DNA of 64,000 nt from an uncultured delta proteobacterium (GTDB lineage Bacteria > Desulfobacterota > RBG-13-43-22). Positions within the stretch are counted from its first letter, which is position 1. Each line of letters starts with the position of its first letter. Positions 42,093-51,644 of the stretch are shown here, in pieces. The stretch spans positions 22,200 to 86,199 of the forward strand of contig CAVUPH010000034.1 of assembly GCA_963743305.1 (NCBI GenBank), read 5' to 3'. The notes beneath the pieces were generated by a model. It saw only the letters and a list, made by a program, of their open reading frames with translations, searched no databases and was not told the origin of the DNA. The translations under genes were made by a program, and so were the position numbers.

Positions 42093-42386
42093 TCAGCCAC
42101 CCGCCAAGGGGTCCATATAGGCTTCAACCCGCACGGTGTCGCCTTCGCTGACTTTTTTCTTCAACCCTTCGGAAAAGGTGAAATGACTCTCTCCATTGAG
42201 GTAGAGATGACGGAGGTCGTCTCCCATCTCCCCTCGTTCGATGAATCTTAAATGAGGGTACATACCGGAAAGCTTCTGCAAGATATCCTTCAAGGTATGT
42301 TCACCCTCCTGAAGATCCATCTGCAGGGGAGGTTCAAAAACATTCTTTATTCGAAGGTTTGAATCAATCTTGACCTTGATTTTCAT
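42093..42386 (-). CDS. MoaD/ThiS-family ubiquitin-like protein
   Basis: beta-grasp pattern LNG..EGD.V and C-terminal LAGG. Confidence 0.8.
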   Translation of the reverse strand: MKIKVKIDSNLRIKNVFEPPLQMDLQEGEHTLKDILQKLSGMYPHLRFIERGEMGDDLRHLYLNGESHFTFSEGLKKKVSEGDTVRVEAYMDPLAGG

Positions 42387-42865
42387 TGAGACGCCTGCCG
42401 GGCCTTCTTTCCCGCCGCCTCCACCGCCTCGATGATCTTCTTGTATCCGGTGCAGCGGCAGAGATTAGAAGAAATGGTATTGATGATCTCTTTCTTGGTC
42501 GGTTTTTCGTTTCTATCCAGGAGCGCCTTGGCCGTCATGATCATACCGGAGGTGCAAAAACCGCACTGAACGGCACCCTTCTCCATGAAGGCCTCCTGGA
42601 GCGGATGGAGTTCTCCTTCCTGACGCAGCCCTTCCACCGTCGTAATAACCGCGCCATCCACTTCGGGGGCCAGGACCAGGCAGGACCTCAGTGGTGTACC
42701 GTTCACCACCACCGTGCAGGCCCCGCAAGCACCCAATCCGCAGGACTCTTTGGCCCCGGTGAGCGAAAGCCTCTCCCGTAGAGTTTCCAAGAGCGTCTCA
42801 TAAGGCCGCACTTGAAGTGTGACCTGTTCGTCGTTTATCTGAAAGGTAACCTTCATCGTCTTCAT
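42383..42865 (-). CDS. Xanthine dehydrogenase-family 2x[2Fe-2S] subunit
   Basis: GAKESCGLGACGACTV, SC, QCGFCTSG, NLCRCTGY. Confidence 0.95.
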   Translation of the reverse strand: MKTMKVTFQINDEQVTLQVRPYETLLETLRERLSLTGAKESCGLGACGACTVVVNGTPLRSCLVLAPEVDGAVITTVEGLRQEGELHPLQEAFMEKGAVQCGFCTSGMIMTAKALLDRNEKPTKKEIINTISSNLCRCTGYKKIIEAVEAAGKKARQASQ

Positions 42866-43809
42866 CGCGCACCCCCCCGCTGGACTTTCTTGATCGCCCG
42901 TTTAAAGAGGACACCGACCATCTTCTTCCGGTAGACCGGAGTGAGCGTGGCGTTCAATACCGGCTTCGCGTCTGCCGCCGCCCGGGCGGCAGTATCTATG
43001 ACACTGCGTTCATCAATGGTTTTGAGAGCATAAACCCGGGGTGCCAGACCGACACCTCCGACACAGACCCTGGCGGAAGAACCTTTCAGCGAAACAGCCA
43101 CCCCCACCAAGGGATAATCCACGGAATCCCGGACCCGTAATTTCTCGTAGGTTCCTTTCGTATTCTCCCAGGGTAACCGTATTTGCGTCAGGATCTCCCC
43201 CGGCCCCAGCGCCAAGGGCTTCCTACCATCGCCGCTGAAGAGTTTTTCCAACTTTACCGTCCGTTCACCCTCGGGGCCGACCAATTTTACTCGGGCCGAC
43301 AGGGTAATGAGTGCGGGCGCGTTGTCACTGCAGTAATTCGAAAAGCAGGCCTGGGCCTGGGGAACAACGTTGCACGCCGGGCCGCCCATTTTCCAACAAA
43401 AACCTCTCGCGCGGCGCCATTCGAGGGATTTGTTATAGAGGAGACAGCGCGTATCCTGGAGGATATTCCCGCCGATGGTGCCTCGCATCTGGAGCGTTTC
43501 GCAGGAGGTGGCCTCGAGGGATTCGTAAAGGGCGGGAAATTTTTCTTTTATCCGGGCGTCATTCTTCAGTTCGAAGAGCGTAACGTTCGAACCGATAACC
43601 AGCCACCCGCCCTGTCGGGAAAAAGTTTTTAATTCGTTGATCGGCTTCAGGTCAATGAGGGCCACCGGCGTTGACAATCGCAGCTTCAACAGCGGGATAA
43701 GGTCCGTGCCCCCGGCGAGATAACGAGCCTGCCCGTCGAAATGGGCATAGCGGTCGATGGCCTCGGCAATGTTTTGCGCTTTTTGGTAGGCAAACTTAGG
43801 TAGGATCAT
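42862..43809 (-). CDS. Xanthine dehydrogenase-family FAD subunit with an HcrB-type four-Cys insert
   Basis: LAGGTDL, GTIGGN, insert RCLLYN..CWKMGG.ACN..C. Confidence 0.9.
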   Translation of the reverse strand: MILPKFAYQKAQNIAEAIDRYAHFDGQARYLAGGTDLIPLLKLRLSTPVALIDLKPINELKTFSRQGGWLVIGSNVTLFELKNDARIKEKFPALYESLEATSCETLQMRGTIGGNILQDTRCLLYNKSLEWRRARGFCWKMGGPACNVVPQAQACFSNYCSDNAPALITLSARVKLVGPEGERTVKLEKLFSGDGRKPLALGPGEILTQIRLPWENTKGTYEKLRVRDSVDYPLVGVAVSLKGSSARVCVGGVGLAPRVYALKTIDERSVIDTAARAAADAKPVLNATLTPVYRKKMVGVLFKRAIKKVQRGGAR

Positions 43810-46085
43810 CCCTTCACCCCCCTCTTCCCTTCCAATAGGTTCAACACCCTGTCCGGTGTAAGCGGCAATTCGTTGAAAAGCGCGCCGGTGGCATTGGCCA
43901 CGGCACAGGCGACGGCGCTGTAGGCGTTCATCCGGATGGTCAGGCCTCCTTCCTTCGCCCCGAAAGGCCCTTCAGGGTCCCGGGAACTTACGATGATCGT
44001 CTCTATCTCCGGCATGTCGCACGCCAAGGGAACCTTGTATTCCAGAAGATCCGGGTTGAGGAGGAAGCCGCCGTTCCAAAGGTTCTCTTCGGTGATGGTC
44101 GCCACTCCGGCCTGCTGGATGGACCCCTCCATCTGCCCTTCCACCGCCATGGGGTTTATGGGACGCCCGCAATCGTGGGCCGCCGTGAAATGGGGGATGG
44201 TGACTTTTCCCGTCTCGGGATCAATAGCTACTTCCGCCACGGAGGTTCCAAAGGAGAAGGTCCCGGCCATCTGGCCCCAGGGTCTCGAGACCCATTCCCT
44301 CTCAAAATCGATGTGGGGGAAGTAAGAACCGGTGGCTACGATCGGATCTCCCCTGGAGAAGGCCTCCCGCACCACCCAGGAAATAGGCATTTTTTTATCG
44401 GGGTTGGTCCGGGAATAAGCCCGGCGGTCTTTCAGATCGATGTCGGCCTCTTTCACGCCGAGCTTTTCCGCGGCAATGGCGACGATCCGCTGGCGGGCCT
44501 TTTCACAGGCGGCCTTCACCGCGTTGGCTCCCACGAAGGCGGCCGCCTGGGAATAGGCGCCCGGATCGAGGTTGGTGACCTCCGTATCGGCGTTCACGAG
44601 GTTGATGTCCTCCATGGGGACGCCGAGGATCTCTGAGGCCACCTGAATGACCATGGATTCGTTTCCCTGTCCGTTGTCCACGAGACCGGTAACGAGTGCT
44701 ACCTGACCGTCATCATTGATCTTGACGTAGCACGACGAGCCGGAACGGAAGCCCATGGGGAAACCGCACATGATGGCCACGCACCCCATGCCGATTCCTC
44801 TGTGCTTCGTCGGATTGGCCCATTTGTTTTTGAAGTTTGTTTTTTCGGAAGCGGAATTAATGGTTTCTTGGAGACCGCAACTGGTAATCTTTGATTTCGT
44901 CGCCGTTACCTCTCCGGCGGTCAGGCCGTTCTTGAGGCGTATATCCACGGGATCCAGGCCCAGTTCTTTGGCCATCAGGTCCATCTGGACTTCGTTCCCG
45001 GCGAGAAAGGCCCTTCCGTGGCAACCGTACATCCCCCGAATGCCTTTGTTGGTGAACACCCGGTACCCATGGTAACGGACGTTGGGGAAACGATAGCATT
45101 CCTCGTAGACATAAAAGGGGATCGAGGTGGCGATAGGGCCCGTCGAGCTGTAAGCGCCGCCGTTATATACCGCGCGGTAGTCCTTCGCTACAATGGTGCC
45201 ATCCTTTTTCATGCCCGTTTTAACCGTGGCGATGATGTCGTGGATCTGTCTTGAGCTCGTGGCGTTCTCCTCGCGGGAAAGGACCAGCTTGACCGGCCTG
45301 CCGGCCTGGATGGACAACAGCGACGCTACCAGGTCACCAGGCGCCACCTCGGATCGCCCCCCAAAAGCGCCTCCGGAATTGATATGACGTACACGCACCC
45401 GGTTGAGGGGTATCTTGAGGAGGTTCGACAAGGCCTTGGCGCGGACATGGGGTCCGGCGTTGGGCATCCAGAGGTCGAGGAAACCGTTCTTGTAATAAGC
45501 GACGACCGCATAAGGCTCCATCATCGCGTAGGCCTCCCCGGCAGCCCTGAAGGTATCCTCTCGGACGAGGAAGGCTTTCCCCAGGGCCTTATCCACTTCA
45601 CCCACATCGATATGAACGTGAATATTAATGTTGTTCTTATATTCGTTGTGGATCTGAGGCGCGCCCTCTTCCATCGACTCCAGAGGCTCAAAAACGGCGG
45701 GTAGGGGTTCATAGTCCACCTGGATGTAGGAAAGGGCCTCCAGGGCCGTTTCCTCGTCCACGGCGGCGACGGCCGCTACATCTTCTCCGATATAGCGGAC
45801 CTTGTCCGTGGGGAGCATGGCGTGGTCCTGGGTATACCGGAAGACGCCCCATTTGATCCCGTACGCATCAAAGCCGCTGACGGCCGCCTTCACCCCCCGC
45901 ACTTTCAGTGCCCGCTTGGTGTCGATGCGGACTATCTTGGCATGGGGATAAGGGCTCCGCAGCACTTTCGCCACCAGCATGTTGGGCAGCTTCAAGTCGG
46001 CGGTATAACGCGCCTCGCCGGTAACTTTGGCGAGAGAGTCGCTTCGCACCACCCTTTGGCCGACAATATTCAAATCCTCTTTCAC
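43806..46085 (-). CDS. Xanthine dehydrogenase-family molybdopterin-binding subunit
   Basis: KVTGEARYTAD, RSPYPHA, GGAFGG, GQG, AHDCG.PINP..EGQ, GPFGAKE; AAGGAGG SD, GTG start. Confidence 0.93.
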   Translation of the reverse strand: MKEDLNIVGQRVVRSDSLAKVTGEARYTADLKLPNMLVAKVLRSPYPHAKIVRIDTKRALKVRGVKAAVSGFDAYGIKWGVFRYTQDHAMLPTDKVRYIGEDVAAVAAVDEETALEALSYIQVDYEPLPAVFEPLESMEEGAPQIHNEYKNNINIHVHIDVGEVDKALGKAFLVREDTFRAAGEAYAMMEPYAVVAYYKNGFLDLWMPNAGPHVRAKALSNLLKIPLNRVRVRHINSGGAFGGRSEVAPGDLVASLLSIQAGRPVKLVLSREENATSSRQIHDIIATVKTGMKKDGTIVAKDYRAVYNGGAYSSTGPIATSIPFYVYEECYRFPNVRYHGYRVFTNKGIRGMYGCHGRAFLAGNEVQMDLMAKELGLDPVDIRLKNGLTAGEVTATKSKITSCGLQETINSASEKTNFKNKWANPTKHRGIGMGCVAIMCGFPMGFRSGSSCYVKINDDGQVALVTGLVDNGQGNESMVIQVASEILGVPMEDINLVNADTEVTNLDPGAYSQAAAFVGANAVKAACEKARQRIVAIAAEKLGVKEADIDLKDRRAYSRTNPDKKMPISWVVREAFSRGDPIVATGSYFPHIDFEREWVSRPWGQMAGTFSFGTSVAEVAIDPETGKVTIPHFTAAHDCGRPINPMAVEGQMEGSIQQAGVATITEENLWNGGFLLNPDLLEYKVPLACDMPEIETIIVSSRDPEGPFGAKEGGLTIRMNAYSAVACAVANATGALFNELPLTPDRVLNLLEGKRGVKG

Positions 46086-46518
46086 AGATACCTCCTTAGA
46101 AAATGGCAGGTTTTATCAACGGTGTTCCTCTAAGGCCTTGCCTGTAAAAATTTACCCTATAGTCTCAGACATCCGGGTGTCCTCCCCGAGCCCGGAAAGA
46201 GTATAAGGGAAAAGAAGGCTAAAGGCAAGTGGACAAAGAGGATCATTTGAAAAAAATTGGCTGCAATCTCCCCTCGACTCGCTGTGGATTGTCGATTAAA
46301 ATTAGGGAGTTTGTCAAAAAAGGGCACACCTCCCGGTGGGCGCTCCTAGCGGGCCGAAGCGGCCCTGGCGGCCATGAACCTGACGGCCCGGCTCAATAAA
46401 ATCTCCCTACTTACTTTGAGGGTACCAGAGTGCCTAATAAAAGAGATCGGATTGAATATCCATCGCTTTGAGATGCGGTTACCGGGAGAATGTCCCCGTC
46501 GGCCATTGGCGCGTTTTA

Positions 46519-46987
46519 CTACTTCCCTTTCACGCCAACCGATTTAGATAGGGTTCGAATGTAGGCGATCAGTGAGGTAATATCCTTGATCCTTGAAAAG
46601 ACCGCCCCAGGAAGGCATTTGGTTGGATAGCCCGAGGGCCGCACCCCCCTTTTTGACCACCTCCGTGATCTGGGCATCGGAAAGTTTAGCCATCAGGTTC
46701 GGGTCGGCCAATTTAGCCGGAGGGGTGGTCAAAGTATAGGAATTGAAGCCATCCCCATTCCCGGTGGCCCCGTGGCAAAGGACACAGTAATAGTCAAACA
46801 AGGCCCGACCTTTTTTTTCGTTAAAGGTGAGTTGGCTGTGTTTTTGGGGAAGCAAGAATGTTGGTTTTCCTCCCTGGTTCTGAGGAATGGGGGAAGGAGG
46901 TTTTTGAGTTTCTCCCGGCGAATTCAGAATAAAAAAGATCGAGGCGCTGATCGAAAGTACGAGGGAAAAGTTTCTTATCATTTTCAT
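46519..46987 (-). CDS. Monoheme cytochrome c (apparent frameshift near the 3' end)
   Basis: Signal peptide, CVLCHGATGNGDG, MPSWG; shifted frame gives the typical end DITSLIAYIRTL..*. Confidence 0.85.
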
Positions 46988-47027
46988 TCCTTCAGGTTTT
47001 TATCCCCGGCTATGACCGCTAGCGCCG

Positions 47028-48995
47028 TTACTTGGGAGAGGCCAGAAAGGCTGCCAGGGCCTCGATTTCCTTATCGGTCAGTTTATAGACCGGCTCAACC
47101 GAGCGTTTGACAAAGGCCTTGGGATCCCGCAGATAATAAAGGATCCATTCAAGCCTCAGCCGGTCCCCGACCTTGGTCAGCACCGGTCCGATCAGGCCAC
47201 CCTGTTGATTGATTTGATGACAGGTCTGGCAGGCGTATTTCTTATTGTACAAGTCTTTCCCGGTCTGGATCAGGGCGGCATTATGGCTGGCCGTCTCAGC
47301 GACTCGGCCGGTTAAATTCTCAACCCGGTCATCCACCAGGGTAGTCCCAAAATAGGCATAAAGAGTCTCGATTTCCGAATCCTGAATTTTAAAAAGCGGC
47401 ATGCGTTCCACCAGGATGGGCCGAATGGTGTCGGGGGCCTTCATGAATTTCTGCAACCAGGTTTTCTTGACCCGGCTCCCCTCCTGGGAGAGGTCGGTGG
47501 CCATTTCCCCGCCTTTTCCGTAAATTTGGTGACAGGTAAAACAGCGATACTTGTCCAGTACCTGGCCAAATTTTCCCTGCGGGGCGTAGGTCGAGGGCCG
47601 CTCTCCCAAAGGGAGGGTGTAGGCGGCGGGGACCTCCTGGCCTTTCATTCCCAATAAATAAGTGGTTACAGCTTCGGCTTCCCGGTCGCTGAAGGCGTAA
47701 TCGGGCATCTTTAGCTCTGCTTTGAAGAGCCTGGAGTTTTTCATCTTATTGTAAAGCCAGTTGGGCACGGTGCGATCATGAGGGGTGACCTGGACACGGC
47801 CAAACTCCAGATGGCTGATATGGATCCCCCCGATGGTAGTCAGCTCCACGCCGATCTCGCCGCGATCCTTAACGCCTTCGATCTTGGTATGGCAAGCGGT
47901 GCATCCCTGTTTTTCTATTAATTCTTTCCCTTGGAGCTTATTGCCCCGCTGAACCATTAGGGCCTGGGCGGCGGCCTGACGCTCATCCAAATCCAGGTCG
48001 ATATATTCTCCCGCTAAGAAGTTGACGATTTTGAGGATTTCCTGATCGGAAAAACCGTAGATCGGCATCCGTGAAGCGGCCCAAAGCTCATGGGGATTTT
48101 TGATAATCCGGCTCAGTCGTTCCGGAACCATCTTAGAGGAAATCTTGCTGAGTTCAGGTGCCAGGGTCCCCCCTTTGCCTTCAACGGAATGGCAACTGAC
48201 ACAACGGGAGTCCTTGAATAATTTTTTGCCTTCCTCGGTGGATCCGCCCACTTTGCCCTCCGGGGGCTTTTCGCCTTGGAAGAGAAAGGCGGACACATCC
48301 GCTGCCTGCTGGGAAGAAAATTTCGGGTTGGGCATCGTGGTCTTGGGAAGATAGCTTTTAGGGTTCAGGACCCAGCGATAGAGCCAATCGGATTTTACCC
48401 ACTGACCGATCCGATCCAGCGGCGGCCCGACGAAGGTCCTTTCTTTTCCCTTGACCAGGTGGCAGCCCCGGCAACCGTAATCCTTAAAGATGGACCGACC
48501 TTGGGCCAATACCGGTGCCTGATCCCGAATAGTCTCGCCGTGACAAAGACCGCAGGCATTTTCCATAAAGTCCTGATGGTAGATGGCCTGATTCCAATTC
48601 TCCACCGGACCGTGAGCATCCTTCAAAGGGGTGGCCAATCCTTGTCCCCCATGGCAGACGGTGCAGCCGAATTTTTCGAAATCGTGCCCACCCACGTCGG
48701 GATGGGAGCGGAAAGGCTGAAGGGCATTTTGAAACCGCGGGTCTTCCAGCCCGAGATGACAAGTCTCACAGCGATCCGTCCTTTTTAGTTTTTCGATCCA
48801 TCGCTGCCGAACCCCAAATTGAAAGTTAGGGTCTTTACCTTTCTGGGTGACCTTTTGGAGGAGGAGGGACTTAAATTGTTTCTGATAGGTTAGATAAGAG
48901 GGGTTGGAATTTTTCCAAAGCTGTCCGATAAAAAGGAGCAAGACCAATAAAGCCAAAAAGGGAAAGATCCTTTGAAATATATCTTTCATTTCCAC
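47028..48995 (-). CDS. Membrane-anchored octaheme cytochrome c
   Basis: N-terminal TM; 8 CxxCH (CETCH, CTVCH, CGLCH, CRGCH, CVSCH, CTACH, CFTCH, CQTCH); repeated class-I-like domains with P.L..G and MP. Confidence 0.92.
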   Translation of the reverse strand: MEMKDIFQRIFPFLALLVLLLFIGQLWKNSNPSYLTYQKQFKSLLLQKVTQKGKDPNFQFGVRQRWIEKLKRTDRCETCHLGLEDPRFQNALQPFRSHPDVGGHDFEKFGCTVCHGGQGLATPLKDAHGPVENWNQAIYHQDFMENACGLCHGETIRDQAPVLAQGRSIFKDYGCRGCHLVKGKERTFVGPPLDRIGQWVKSDWLYRWVLNPKSYLPKTTMPNPKFSSQQAADVSAFLFQGEKPPEGKVGGSTEEGKKLFKDSRCVSCHSVEGKGGTLAPELSKISSKMVPERLSRIIKNPHELWAASRMPIYGFSDQEILKIVNFLAGEYIDLDLDERQAAAQALMVQRGNKLQGKELIEKQGCTACHTKIEGVKDRGEIGVELTTIGGIHISHLEFGRVQVTPHDRTVPNWLYNKMKNSRLFKAELKMPDYAFSDREAEAVTTYLLGMKGQEVPAAYTLPLGERPSTYAPQGKFGQVLDKYRCFTCHQIYGKGGEMATDLSQEGSRVKKTWLQKFMKAPDTIRPILVERMPLFKIQDSEIETLYAYFGTTLVDDRVENLTGRVAETASHNAALIQTGKDLYNKKYACQTCHQINQQGGLIGPVLTKVGDRLRLEWILYYLRDPKAFVKRSVEPVYKLTDKEIEALAAFLASPK

Positions 48996-49019
48996 CGCCT
49001 TTTTAAAGGCCGAAAATAC

Positions 49020-50159
49020 TCAATGCGTGGGCCAGGACTGCCAGGGCCAGTAAAGGACCCAGCCCGGTCCCCGCAAAAACTGCCCGATGACAATCAGCCC
49101 CAGGTACACCGTGACGACCGCGGTGAAAATGATATTGGCCTTTCGGCGGCTGGGGTGAAACCAGACCCCGATTCCTTCACGGCCCCGATCCAGATAGGGG
49201 ATCAGGATGATCAGAATAATCATGACGTTGGGAACCAGGACACCGAAAAAGAAGGGGGCGCCCCAGGACAGGAGTTCTTGCATACCCACCAGAAACCAAG
49301 GGGCCTTGACCGGACTGGGTGTCACCGAGGGGTTGGCCCCTTCTTCCAAAGGGGCGTTGAACAGGAGCGAGATCGCCATAACCAGGGCCAGGATCAAGAG
49401 AAATTTGCTGAGCTCCCGGACGATGATATCCTGCCACACGGAAGATCCCTGCTCCGGTCCCTGGGCCGTTGGAGCCGTCTCCCCTTCTTTAATATCCAAA
49501 TGTCCACCCCAGACGGCCCAGGCTAAGAAATCGTCCTTCCGAATCCGCCAGAAATGGACCCCCATGACCAATCCGATAACCAGAGGGATGATTTTAACGT
49601 GCAGGCCGTAGGCATGGACCAAAGCGTTTTGACCGACCTCGTTTCCACCCAGGATCAGATACTTGAGCTTTTCTCCGATAACCGGCGCCGAGGTGACCAC
49701 ATTGGAGGTAATGGTCATGGCCCAGTAGCCTTTTTGGTCCCAAGGCAGGATATAACCGGTTATGGCCATGACCGCCGTACAAAGGAAAAGGACCAGGCCG
49801 GTCACCCAATTGAATTCCCTGGGTTCCCGATATTCAGCCGTGTAAAAAACCCGACTCATGTGCAAAAAGACCGAGATAAGCATTAGGTAAGCGGCAAAAC
49901 GATGCATGTTGCGGAAGATCAGGCCGAAGCTGGCTACATATTCCAGATCTTTGATTCCCTGGTAGGCCCTTTCCGTGTCCGGGGTGTAATAGAACATCAA
50001 CAGGATCCCGGTAATCGTCAGGATGATAAAGAGATAAAAGTTGATCAGGCCCAGACCGAGGATCCTGGTCCTCAGCCATTGATTGACCGGAATCTCTTTT
50101 CGGACGATGGATTTCCAAAAACGATTCTGGAAGAGGAGATCCCTGGCATCGATTCTCAT
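49020..50159 (-). CDS. Cytochrome b (b6 N-terminal plus subunit-IV-like domain)
   Basis: TGILLMFYY, RNMHR..LHMSRVF, NWVTG, TGYILPWDQ..YWA, GLHV..VHFWRIRKD, KAPWF. Confidence 0.93.
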   Translation of the reverse strand: MRIDARDLLFQNRFWKSIVRKEIPVNQWLRTRILGLGLINFYLFIILTITGILLMFYYTPDTERAYQGIKDLEYVASFGLIFRNMHRFAAYLMLISVFLHMSRVFYTAEYREPREFNWVTGLVLFLCTAVMAITGYILPWDQKGYWAMTITSNVVTSAPVIGEKLKYLILGGNEVGQNALVHAYGLHVKIIPLVIGLVMGVHFWRIRKDDFLAWAVWGGHLDIKEGETAPTAQGPEQGSSVWQDIIVRELSKFLLILALVMAISLLFNAPLEEGANPSVTPSPVKAPWFLVGMQELLSWGAPFFFGVLVPNVMIILIILIPYLDRGREGIGVWFHPSRRKANIIFTAVVTVYLGLIVIGQFLRGPGWVLYWPWQSWPTH

Positions 50160-50198
50160 GGGATGGATTCTCCTTGGAAAGGATCCACGGCCTGATCC

Positions 50199-50657
50199 TT
50201 AGACCGAGAGAGTGCGTTGAAAAGGAACCGTCCGGCTTTCATCTACCAGGAGCCTGCCGTCCGCGGTTAAGGTGACTTCGTACCAGGCCAGGGGATTTTG
50301 AGCCGGTCCGGTGGTAACCTGCCCCCGGGCATTGAACAGGCTGCCGTGACAGGGACACTCAAAGCGATTGCGCTCCGGGGCCCATTGGACGGAACAGCCT
50401 AAATGGGTGCAAACGGCCGAGACGACCTTAATGAGATTTCCCTGACGAAGGACAAAGATTCTTTTCTCATCAATATAGTCCACGCCTTCGGGATAATCCT
50501 CGGGTTTGCCGATTTTAAAAGTCAGAGGAGGCTCGTAGAGTACATTAGGAATCACATAGCGGACGGAGGCGGCCGTGAGGCCGGCAAAGCTCCCCAAGGT
50601 CGCTACCCAGCCGATTTGATTTAAGATTTCCCGTCTGGTGTACTGCCGTGCGGTCAT
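50199..50657 (-). CDS. Rieske [2Fe-2S] protein
   Basis: Tat-like TRRE, CTHLGC and CPCHGS. Confidence 0.95.
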   Translation of the reverse strand: MTARQYTRREILNQIGWVATLGSFAGLTAASVRYVIPNVLYEPPLTFKIGKPEDYPEGVDYIDEKRIFVLRQGNLIKVVSAVCTHLGCSVQWAPERNRFECPCHGSLFNARGQVTTGPAQNPLAWYEVTLTADGRLLVDESRTVPFQRTLSV

Positions 50658-50700
50658 AATTATTCCTCCAAACCCCGCAGTCTGGTCTGAGGGCTCGGTG

Positions 50701-50823
50701 CTATCGCTTGATCAGGGCAACCAGAATTTCGGCCAGGACCAGCAAGAACACCCCGAGGGCCCCCCCGCCGATGACGACGATCAACATTTCTTTGAAGAGA
50801 CTATAGTCTTCGTGAGCGTTCAT
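50701..50823 (-). CDS. 40-aa single-TM small protein (absent from the ORF track)
   Basis: Manual translation MNAHEDYSLFKEMLIVVIGGGALGVFLLVLAEILVALIKR*; ATG 3 nt after the upstream stop, AGAGGA upstream. Confidence 0.65.
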   Translation of the reverse strand: MNAHEDYSLFKEMLIVVIGGGALGVFLLVLAEILVALIKR

Positions 50824-50826
50824 CCG

Positions 50827-51619
50827 TTAGGGTTTCCTCTGGGGGATTTTTACCACCGTCGGCTTCTCCGGAATGTCTTGGATCGTCAGCTTACCCGAAA
50901 GGACTTCAAAGTCGGGTTTTTCCCGAAGCCGATGAACCCAACCGGTTTTGAAGTCCGGCCACCAATAAAAACGGTAACTCCCGGGGGGGACTTTTTCAAA
51001 GGTATACCGTCCTTTCGAATCGGTTTGCGTGGCCAGAAAAATCCCCTGGTCGGAGACGGTGGATTCTTTCACTTCTTCCGAGAGCATTTTCTTGACGGAA
51101 GCCAGTGAGACACCCGTATAATTCTCGAGCTCGATCCTCACCTTTCCGTTAGCCATTGGCTTCCCCTGCCATTGAATAATTCCTTGCACCCGGCCCATTT
51201 CCTCCAGCAAGAGCTGTTCGTGAAGGGCCGTAGTCTTTGAAGGCGCTGGACCTTCCCCCGGCCTTCTCTCCAGGCCGGGACCCGGAGTTGGTGAAACATC
51301 GACCTTCCGGCTTCCTTCTATTATTCTTTCAAGCCGTTCGATCCTTTTTTGAAGTTCATCGATTCTCTCTAGAAGCTGTGCCTCCCTTTTTCCCGCCAGA
51401 GGGTTTCCCTGCTCGCTTTTCTCGGCGGGTTGGATCGTTTTCAGGGGGACCTGAACCTTCCCCCCCGTTTCGGTTTCCCCCCCCAGCGTGCTGCCTGGTA
51501 TCACATACTCCTTCAATTTGATCGACTCGGCCGAGGAGGAAGACAACGGCAATCCGCTCATCATTAATACCAGCCCCAGGCGAATGACCAGTTGCCCGGC
51601 CTTTCCTCCTGCTAGTCAT
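50827..51619 (-). CDS. Secreted protein with a coiled coil and a carboxypeptidase-regulatory-like beta-sandwich
   Basis: ORF 50827-51564 (TQTDSKGRYTFEKVPPGSY); signal peptide probably starts at ATG 51619 across a frameshift near 51596. Confidence 0.65.
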
Positions 51620-51644
51620 ACTTAAGCTCATGAAAGCCCTGGCC

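Noticed and set aside
42383-46085. Calling the trio hcrABC or coxLMS
   Set aside because: The AYRCSFR CoxL motif is absent and active-site motifs differ from HcrA; no aromatic-CoA genes nearby
46303-46410. GC-rich segment bounded by TAGGGAGTTT / AAATCTCCCTA, considered as an ncRNA, MITE or Moco riboswitch
   Set aside because: Single copy in the window, short imperfect IR, no recognisable SRP, 6S or Moco riboswitch consensus
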